This document shows, in pieces, positions 11,376-20,000 of a stretch of 20,000 nt of DNA; the stretch's first letter is position 1, and each line of letters opens with the position of its first letter. The position numbers and the translations under genes are program-made. The stretch covers positions 116,015 to 136,014 of the forward strand of contig KZ538086.1 in assembly GCA_000934665.2 (NCBI GenBank), read 5' to 3'. Under the pieces are notes generated by a model. The model was not told the origin of the DNA. It saw nothing but the letters and a program-made list of their open reading frames with translations, and searched no databases. Origin of the DNA: Catajapyx aquilonaris (taxonomy: Eukaryota).

Positions 11376-11577
11376 ATGCTGGCCACCATGTCGGCACTCA
11401 TGCTGCCCACCGCCGCCCTGCCCACCGTGGTCAACCAGCCCCCTCCGCTGGCTCTGCCCCCGGCCAAGCTCGAGGTCAACGGGCCGGGACGCTCGCCGCC
11501 GGGGATCGCCCCTGGTCCCGGCCTCGGGCCCAACATTAACCCCATCAACCACATGGGGAGCGCAGGCAAGAAGGAAG
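11376..11577 (+). CDS. Coding exon (5' part of a spliced gene) encoding the Pro/Ala-rich segment MLATMSALMLPTAALPTVVNQPPPLALPPAKLEVNGPGRSPPGIAPGPGLGPNINPINHMGSAGKKE; probably the N-terminus of a transcription factor or other regulatory protein, gene not identified
   Basis: Lies in ORF 10941-11585. Strong G/C bias at third codon positions compared with the flanks. First in-frame ATG is at 11376 and a second at 11388 has the context GCCACCATG. Coding character stops at a canonical donor AAG|GTAAAT (exon ends 11577, phase 1) just before the TAG at 11583-11585. No recognisable domain in this exon. Confidence 0.65.
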
Positions 11578-11583
11578 GTAAAT
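11575..11583 (+). other. 5' splice donor AAG|GTAAAT, start of an intron that probably runs beyond the window
   Basis: GT at 11578-11579 preceded by AAG; composition changes from GC-rich codons to ordinary non-coding sequence here; no downstream ORF in the track looks coding. Confidence 0.6.
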
Positions 11584-11734
11584 AGTTGTGGAGGCTCCAC
11601 CACCGACACGTTTCACACACAAGCAACTCAACCCCCACCCACGTCACCCCTGCGACATTCCTCCCATTCCCCCGACTCCTTCGCTAAACCTCGTGTGCTG
11701 CACTTGACCTATACTCGTGCCGAAATTCGGCTAG

Positions 11735-11752
11735 CCCCNCCCCCCCCCCCCC
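11735..11752 (+). repeat. Poly-C tract interrupted by N
   Basis: C4-N-C13 with N at 11739. Confidence 0.9.
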
Positions 11753-14700
11753 TTCCTCCCCCATGCGACGCCACGCTCCTGTTGCGCCACCTACGCGTAG
11801 ATTAGCCCTCCATACACTGTTGGCAGACATCCTTCTCTGGGTATTGACGCCCAAAATTCCCCTGTTTGGTGTCAGAAACATGAGGGTAGCGTAAGAATGA
11901 GCCTCGCGCTGAAAAGCCTGTGTGTTCTATCGCATTAAAGCTTAGCTGCTGCGAAATTGAAAAGAATGTCACTGGGTACTGTATGGATGCTTCCAAAGTC
12001 CTTGCGGTTGGACGCCTGATGTAGTTTTTGCCTCCGTCTCCATGTCGGCAATAAGTGGCATGCATGTCGCAATTAAAGCGGAAAAGTTAACCTACTCTTG
12101 TCACGCTGTGGCCCGTTTTATGAAGCTCAGTTAAGGGGGAAAAAGTGCGTGCAAAATCCATGCCCCTCCTCATCCTCAGTGAAAGATAAACTGCGTCGAG
12201 TACAAAACCGATTGACACAAAAACTGGGCCTTAAATGGTGCATCATAGCTGGGCATCTCCATCCGGACGCGTAATTTCAGGCTGACATGTCAGTAATGCA
12301 GTGTATGAATTTTATTCACGCATACATTGCGCTAGCTTTCCGATACGACATTAATTCGAAGAATGCGGATTCTCCACCAACTCGTTTCCATTTTAAGCGC
12401 ATTACCTCTTCTACATTATTAATTGCACATCAATCCCTGAGCCACAGGTATGTTGCATTGTTCATTGATTATCAGACCTGTCGATTTATGCATCAACGAG
12501 TAATATGCTCCTCGTTACAATACCATCCTCTTTTTTACTCTCTCTCTCTCCCCCCATTTCATGTCGCTAATATGAAATGATTCCAGCGAGCAAGAGTGTC
12601 GTTTTCCCCTCACACACTCGAGCTGTTGACGAAATGCCCACAATCCTTGTTGATAATGTTAATTTGGGGAATGAACGAGGAAAATCTCCACCTTGAGAAC
12701 TTCAAGATCCTAGAGACTGGTGATATGATTTGTGACTCCCCACCATCAGCTCATTATCGGAGAGTAATCGAGTCGCTAATGAAGGAAATTAAACCAAAGG
12801 CAAACACCGATTTTTTTTTCTTAAAAAAAGATCCCTCTCGTGTCAAGCAGGGGGGGAAAAGTCATTGATTTTTAAGGAGCGTTATAATTAATGGCGTCAA
12901 ATGCTTTCCCCCCCTCCAAACTCACCGACGTCGTGAGAAAAAATTAATGAGGAAAACGGAGCCTTCGTTTACATAGCTGCAATCCGGTGCAGGTCCCCTT
13001 TCGGCTCCGGATAAAAAACTGAAACGCAGACCACGGTGGTAGCTACGATTTTTTTTTCTTTCTTTCTTTCTTCCCATTCTATCTCCCTCCATTCCTTCCT
13101 TCCTTCCTTCTTTTCTGGTTTCTGTTTCCCAACAACACTTTCTCCCCTAACCGGAAGTGGGCTCTCTCGGCAGGTTTGCGAGGTCCATTTGAAGTCGATT
13201 TGGGTGAAATAAGTGGCTTGGCAAATCAATGGAGATGGCTAACGACCGGGACGGAAATTTGCTGCCCCTTTCCACCTGATATTTTCCTCCAGAGAGGAAG
13301 GAAGAAGTAAGGGAAGTTGCAGGCTAAAAAAAAAGAGAGAGAAATTAAGTAGAAGAAATCGGTGGGTATTTTGGTATGGCCAGTGGCATGCCGCTTATTA
13401 GGAATATTGCAGGTTTTTTTGTTGTTTTGTTTTGTTAGGGGAGTCTTGCGGCCGTTGGGCCGCGACCGCGGCATTGCAGTGATTATTTATTTATTTTTCC
13501 GTGAGCATGGCGGGAGCTAAGTGATCCCCCGGACATTAGCTTTTGATTGCATTGACTTATCGTGACTGGAGCGTATTTTTCATCGCTGGCCAGCCTTGTG
13601 GTTTCGTTGTCCACTTCCAGGAAGGAGATCACATTAGCGCTGGGATATATGTATGCATGGGAGTCATTTTCAAATGTGATCCCGTGTCTGCCCGACAGAA
13701 TCTTAATGACTGGGGAATAACGTTGTGTATTGGGGTGACGGGGGAAGTGCCGCACTTCTGGAAATATTCATACCTCCATGTTGCTATCACAGGCCTCAAA
13801 ATAACAGTGGTGACAACTTATCTTATTGCGGTTGAGAATTTTATTTCGCACAAATTAAAGCTTAAGACATTCGGGGCTGAAATGTTCGTGGCCTCTATTT
13901 AGGTCGGCTTTGCTCGATACAGATTGGTTACCGGCAGCATAATCCAGGCTGATTATTGCCCGAGGTAACCGAGGTGGTGGCGAATCGTGTGATGCTGCTA
14001 CACAATGGCAATCCCCCTCCTCTTTGTATTTTAAACTTGGCGCAACATTTTAATCTTACTTTAGTTATTTATGCGCCTGTTTGCCCCTTAGTATGCCTGC
14101 CATATTTTAAAAATCTTTCACCAGAGAGAGAAAGGGGGGTAACCCATGTGGGCATATTGCGATGACAAAAGGCAGAGAAAATGCAAATAACTCATTTTGA
14201 CACTCAGCGGTGCGCATTCCAGTGGGGGCAGTTCCTGCCAGTTCCTGTCACCAAACATAGCAGCTACTTTTCAAGAGCGCAAATTGAGATAATACCCAAA
14301 TTTAAAATCACGCGTTAAATGCATTATTATGCCAGTGCATTTGAACATGGGACTAAATGCCTGCATGACGTGCCACCGGTGCTTTTTCTCACCCATGTAA
14401 TTGCGGCTGCGGAAAAAAATAATATATTTGACCGGAGCATGTAAAATGATTGCGGCCCGCTCTTGTGGGTAGTGACTGGCAAGATGCAGTGCCCTCATCG
14501 TGTTTGGCCCGAATTTATAACCGTGTGAAGTGCTACACGAGGCACCTCTCTGGTGGTCCTCTCCATGCTAGTATTAAACTCACACCCCTCTCTTTCTCCA
14601 CCATCCCCCAACCCAAAAAAAACCCTCTCTCCACCACCCCACCCCCTTCACGGTTGGTTGAGTGTCACACGAGTCGCAGCAACACTTGAATCCGCTTTCA

Positions 14701-16632
14701 TGCCCTTTCACCCCCCATTCCCACAAAGCACATATGCTACCCATACCTCTACCCGCCCCAACCCGTATATGCAGCGTAACTGAGTTTTTTCTCTCTCCCC
14801 CACCTAGAATATGAGGCAGGTATGGGGGTGTGGGTAGAAAGGGGAGGGGTGGGCATACCCGCAACAGACACAAACCCCCTTGCCCCCTCCCTCTGGCAAC
14901 AAGCGGGGGGCCAACCCTCCCCCAAACCCATTGTTTGGCGCTGCTCCGGGGGCTGTGGTATTGATTTCGTTGGCAACCAGGTGCGTCGCGGAAATCGCTG
15001 CCATGATCAGACCCTGGCCAAAGCCTATCAGGGGACATTAGGGAGATGCCTGCTCTAAACACTGGCCGCACTTTTTTGGTCAGAGACGAGGGTTTTTTTT
15101 TTTTTTTTTTTTTGAACGCACACTTTTTTGTGGTAGGAGGTCGCACCGGCACACGAGGTGTTGCTAGGCGGTCAGAGTTGTTGAGTTCTGCTGCGGGTGC
15201 GGGTGCGGTGGAGTTTGGATTTTTTTGATGGAGAGGGAGGGGGGGGGGATGCCGGCTGACGAGGAGTTGAACCATTTCTGTCACTTTTGGGCACGTGGGA
15301 ACTGATCAAAGTTGCTGCAGGGACCGTGTACTCTGCCTGCCAAAATGTGTGGGGGACACTCGCACGTGGAGACCTTTTTCCGCGGTATAGCTGCCACTGG
15401 AGTACCAACTGCTCCCAAGTTTCTATCAGATAGGCAACATCTTACCAAAAAACTTGTATGCGAATAAGCCTGTATGTTAGTTAGGTGATGCACACTGGTA
15501 ACGCTGCCCCTAAAAATACCATGTCCGATGGAAATGTTCATTGGGCAGTAGCGCGCCTTCCTGGAAAATTAATAACGTATGTAAAATATCGATGCGATCA
15601 TTTTGGTGCTTGAGCAATTAATTGACAATAATCAGCTAGAACTTTTAATGCGCGAGTTTCAGCAAAATGTATGGAATAGTTGAGTGATAATGTGTTTTAG
15701 AGATTTACAAGAGTTGTGGTTTTGGTCGGTCCGGGAAAACTCGTCATTTTAATTCCCATCCTGGCGGGCATTAATTGAATTGATCGTAGTACTCGCAACT
15801 GATAATTGGCATAAAGGTGACTTGTCATGGTTGTGACTTAGCACTTCAGTTGCTTCGAATTGCATTGGCACGCAATTTTGAAGTGCTGTAATTTGGGCAT
15901 TTGAAAAATTGATAGAAAAGCTTCGTCTCCGGAAATCTAATTAACATCACGAGCGGTCACGTTTGACGATTCGCACCTATCACACATTCATAGAAACCAT
16001 CCGAAGGTGTAACGAGGTTTCACGCCAGGCCCATGTTGTAGATAATGCGGGTAATTGGAACAAATTGATATATTGGTTGACCGGTGCACACTGCCGGGGC
16101 CGCGTCAATTTAGCGGTAGGAAACTGTTCCTATAGGATGGGCACGGTGATTATTTGGTGCGGGATCAGTCTGTCGTGGGTTGGTTGGCTGGCTGGGTGGG
16201 TGAGAGAGGGGGTGGTTGCAACTTGGGATCTGATGATGGGACTTGGTCCTTAGTCCCCTGTTGATGGGCGTGGTGCTTTGACTGGTCATGACTCAGCCCT
16301 AATGAAAGAGGACGTTGGCGGGGGATGCGAAGCTGGCATTATTAAAGTCTCCTATGGATATTGCCATGGGATGAAGGCTAATGTTTTCGCTGGGGGGAGG
16401 GATCGGGGATATGGAAGGGACGGGGAAAAAATGTTCTCGCATATTAGTAAGGTGGATGAATATCCGAAGCTTCCAGGTTAACAACGGAGCACCATTGTTA
16501 AACCGAGTGCCTACAGAAACTTTGTCTCACATGTAACTCGATGCTTCTGTTTAAATTGGAGTCCCTGAAATTCGTAAGATTTGTGTCTGCATAATGGTGA
16601 GCCACATAGGGTAGGGTCAGGTGCAGTATGCG

Positions 16633-16843
16633 TACAGGATGTATATGTTGGCCTATGGCGGGTGGTGAATCAGCGTGCCTGAGCGGTCGAATAAATTTGT
16701 ACAACATAATCCGACGGGTGCATCTAACCGTGAGGGGAGATACGTATTTTCAGTGGGAGGGAGAGGCCCCCCACCTATTCGAGTTGCTGCCTCTCTATAC
16801 CACTCAACCCGTCCAAACAATCGCTTCATTGCCCCATCCTGTA
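16633..16843. mobile_element. Possible old Tc1/mariner-type MITE of about 210 bp
   Basis: Perfect 10-bp inverted repeat GTACAGGATG (16632-16641) / CATCCTGTAC (16835-16844) that includes TA at both ends. Weaker internal symmetry: CGGGT and TCGAATA (16687-16693) vs TATTCGA (16776-16782) and ACCCG. Confidence 0.35.
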
Positions 16844-19040
16844 CCCTCACCCCACCACCCCCGGTTTCCCCCACTCCTGGAGAGAAGACCGGAAAAAAAG
16901 GCGCAACAAAATGTCAGCTTCACCCAAAAGTTCAATGGGCATCCGATCAGGTGAATTTACGAGTCTTCCATAGACTCGCCCTCTCGTATATACTATGGGA
17001 GGGAAAAATGGAGGGAGGTGATATACATAAATCGGAAGATATCTAGGAGCGTTAAGTGAATATTTATTTGACGCCCGATGTTTCATCGGTGGCGAGGCAG
17101 TCATGCCAGTTGAATACGAGGATGAATTTTCCAAATCCATTAGATGATGTGGGAGGGTGCGTAATCTTTGCAACAACTCTCATTACTCAGCTTGGGAGAG
17201 GGATCGAAATGGTTTGCAGGTGTCGAGATGGGTTCGAACTGGCGGTGCCGCAGCGCTGATTTACGGTTTTGCAAGGCCCCGCCGATGAGATGGGTTTGCC
17301 GAGAGGAATGCTGTTTTTTTGTGTATTTTTTTATGAACCAGGTTTTTGCCCGAAAACTATGCCTGAGCTGGGCTAATGGGCTATTCCGCCGCCATTTTTA
17401 TGCCTCCCGCAAAAGAGCGTGCAAGTATACATGTTTGTTTGTTTGTCTGTATGCCAAGTTTGGCAACCCGGTGGGGACGCGTCGCATCTGGCGTCGCAGA
17501 GAGAGGAGAGAGGAGAGGGAGAGCTAGGAGAGAGGGTCCCCCGGTGCAATCGAGCCTCAGTTTCCAGACACAAGCCCCCTTACTTCTTGTAGCCAGGGGG
17601 TTTGTGTATCCTCCCCAAAAAGAGGGAGGGGAGAAATTGCGAAGATAAACTCAGGGATGCCGTTTGTGAACGGTATAAAAACCAGGGATTTTCATATAAT
17701 CCCAATTTGGTCGGAAAAGAGGCTCAACCCCCCCCTCGGTATATAACGGAATGGATGGGCTAGGTTTTGATACCCGATTGAAGATGCACAATCATTCCGA
17801 CGAGCGAGAATCGTGGCTTCCTGGCCTCTCAAATACCGGCAAGATTCTTCTTTTTTTCTGCCAGAAAGAAAACGAGCGGACGTTTTTGTTTGGTCGCGGG
17901 GAAAAGAAATAAAAAAAAAAAGAGAGAGAAAAGAAATCAGTCGGGATGCAAAGTGATTCGGGGTAATGTCGGTTTTGTGCGATTCAGTTCAAGGTTGTGA
18001 CGAGTTGCGATGTACGTTGTGTGTTCCGCATAGGCGAATATTGTCAAAGTTTCTCGCGTCATCCGATAAATTGCGCGGCAATTGGTGTCTGCCCTGGAAA
18101 CAATGTCTCAGGAAATCGACTTGAGTTATGCGCAGCCGAAAGTCCCGACGTTTCGGAAAACATGAATTTCTACGCTGCCCTGGTTATAATGACGCCTAAG
18201 TGTACGGCCGGCTTTTGGACTCCTAGATCCTGATTTAGCCTCCACCCTTCTCCTTTTCTTGGGCCCTTCCCCCGGTTCCTCCCTTTTTTTTGGCAATTGC
18301 CATCGGCACTCTACAGTATATTAGGGGGGGAGAGAGTCCTGTGGGTTTGGGAGGCTGGTGGCGGGGACCACGGAATTATGTGCCACTAAGGTTCACTTCA
18401 TGGGTGCCCTAATTCAGCTGGAAAGTTTCTTCCCCGCCCCCGTTTCCCCTCTCAACTCCCAAAGTCGACAACTCGGGGGAAAAACGTTGTTTGAAAGGAT
18501 TTTGTTGGAGGAGGGGGGGGAGAGGGGAGTTATGTTTGTGACTCTCGTGATTCGCGATTTCCCTCTCGAGCAAGGCGACCGAAGGACTCTTCTTCTCTTG
18601 CTCATCCCCTACCTGCCTGATAAATAACTGCACGTTTAACTACACATCTTGTGGCTAATTGCACAAATCGGCTAATTATACGTCCCTTATTCCGCTTTTA
18701 AACCGGAAAAAAATTCATCTCTCCACCTATTCTTCCGCATCTGGAGTAAACATCTGCTTCCAGCTATTAGACTAAACAAACAACCAGATTAGAAGAGGGG
18801 GAAAGAGCATGGGAGGCCGCAGAACTCGAAGCTTTTCTTATGCAAAAGTATACAGTTGAAAGACTAAAGGTGGGCCGTGTTATGCACGCCTGACTCAGAA
18901 ATTGGGGGAAGGTTCCCTCTCCTGTGATGCACGCGTAGATATTTATTATTTTGGAAGGATCTGGCGCCATGTTTGGTCTCAATCAGCAGTGTGATAGCCG
19001 AAATAGGTTCGAGAATAGCGCATTTTACAATCGCATGTTA

Positions 19041-19119
19041 GCATTTGCTGGGGGTAAACAATCCTTAACTATCTTGTCCCCATCTTGAAATGCAGACTTG
19101 GTGAGTAGTCCACCCTGTA
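19041..19119 (-). mobile_element. Degenerate Tc1/mariner-like element end, same family as the 3707 fragment
   Basis: Ends CACCCTG-TA (19111-19119). Its reverse complement matches 3707-3743 at 26/37 positions without gaps, and after an indel shares GGATTGTTTAC (19064-19054 vs 3748-3758). Confidence 0.5.
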
Positions 19120-20000
19120 TTTTTCCGACAACCCAGCTTCGTTAGGAGGAGGAAGAAGAAAAAGACGAAATGAACCGGAGCAACACGTAACATTTTATCT
19201 CGGGGTTTTGTAAGTGGCCGAGTGTTGCCTTATCCGGGAACCGGAACAGACCCATTTCCGGGCTCTCCTCACACTTGTGCCAAGAAATTAAAATGCCGCC
19301 TACACGCCCCCGAGCTCCTTACCAGAAACGAAACAAAAACACATAATAGGCCATTCTGGTTGTATGGAATTTAATCCGGTAATCCCTCCCTCCCCCCTTT
19401 TCTCCCTTTTATACTCCACTTGAAGTGAGCATCTTCATGCCGAAACCATGTTGGCCAAGATCAGACAATGGCATTGTGCCTTCTTTATTGCATTACGACA
19501 AGAAACACGAGCAGGCGAGCGATAAAATGGTGGATTCGTTGGGAATAAAAGTCCATTAGTATCGGTTACGTGTTCGGAAAAATCCATACGCTTCAGGGGC
19601 GGGTTCGGGAAGAGAAGCTGAGCCCGAATAAAAAGAACAAGAAGAGAAAGAGAGAGAAAAAAAGTTGGGTGGACTTGTATTCTTCTGACCATTATGCGAG
19701 CGGGGGTACTTTTGTCGAATGCGAGTGAAATTTTTTTCCAGCGGACGGGTCAATGTTGGGCTTGCAAAAATGCGGGAAGTTTCACGGGATGAGGGCTGAC
19801 ACTGTCAAGGTTGTCAAGGCGTGTTTATACCGTCTGGAAGTGCTCCCAGTACGCACGAACTAATTTCCTGCCGGGCACTGGAATCGTACTATTCGTTTAA
19901 GCCATTGCGGTAGCACAGCCAGCGAGGAGTCGGAGGAGAGGAGTGGCCAGGTCAGGGATGAGGAGGGCTGGGGAAGACGGGCAGGGGGGCAGGGGGGCAG

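Noticed and set aside
10941..11585. 214-aa ORF as a complete single-exon gene starting at GTG 10941
   Set aside because: The first part runs through a (GAA)n tract that looks like UTR, and the end coincides with a splice donor, so it is better read as an exon within an open frame.
11006..11647. 213-aa minus-strand ORF and the other overlapping frames (11081-11539 +, 11211-11609 -)
   Set aside because: Shadow ORFs of a GC-rich exon; the poly-Cys and poly-Ala runs are just the antisense reading of the CAG/GCA repeats.
3646..14725. Scattered Su(H)/CSL-type sites (TGTGGGAA 3646, CGTGGGAA 8186, CGTGAGAA 12932, TTCCCACA 14718)
   Set aside because: Not clustered or paired, and the number is near chance expectation for 20 kb.
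14580..15284. 234-aa minus-strand ORF
   Set aside because: Crosses poly-T and G/C-rich simple tracts (giving poly-Lys and poly-Pro); no protein-like features.
17183..17245. tRNA- or SINE-like spacing of an A-box-like TTACTCAGCTTGG and a B-box-like GGTTCGAAC
   Set aside because: The T-stem does not pair and I could not build acceptor or anticodon stems; at best a very decayed tRNA-derived head.
9038..17471. Short shared words such as TTTGGCAACCCGG (about 9038 and 17459) and GGTTGGTTGGCTGGCTGG (about 9217 and 16179)
   Set aside because: Similarity does not extend into the flanks; explained by simple repeats or chance.
1..20000. Prokaryotic systems, CRISPR arrays, rRNA genes, transposase or reverse-transcriptase ORFs
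   Set aside because: No regularly spaced repeats, operon-like ORF density, rRNA motifs or recognisable RT/DDE motifs were seen.

Overview
Eukaryotic genomic DNA, probably invertebrate and possibly arthropod. This is inferred from abundant CpG, a TCAGTC initiator-like motif, purine/pyrimidine tracts and the absence of prokaryotic gene density. Almost all of the window looks non-coding and most ORFs in the track are chance frames. The one convincing coding segment is a GC-rich, Pro/Ala/Gln-rich + strand exon ending at an AAG|GTAAAT donor (11577/11578). It resembles the low-complexity N-terminus of a regulatory protein, but I cannot name the gene, and no next exon is recognisable in the remaining 8.4 kb. 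Its poly-Ala/poly-Gln stretch lies in frame but upstream of the first AUG, which points to either non-AUG initiation or an upstream spliced exon. The window also holds a clear 533-bp fold-back PIF/Harbinger-type MITE with a TAA target-site duplication (4885-5417), two related Tc1/mariner-like end fragments in opposite orientation (about 3707 and 19119), a third possible mariner-type MITE, clusters of octamer and homeodomain-type motifs, and single Ns at three G/C homopolymers. I see no evidence of a new multi-gene system.
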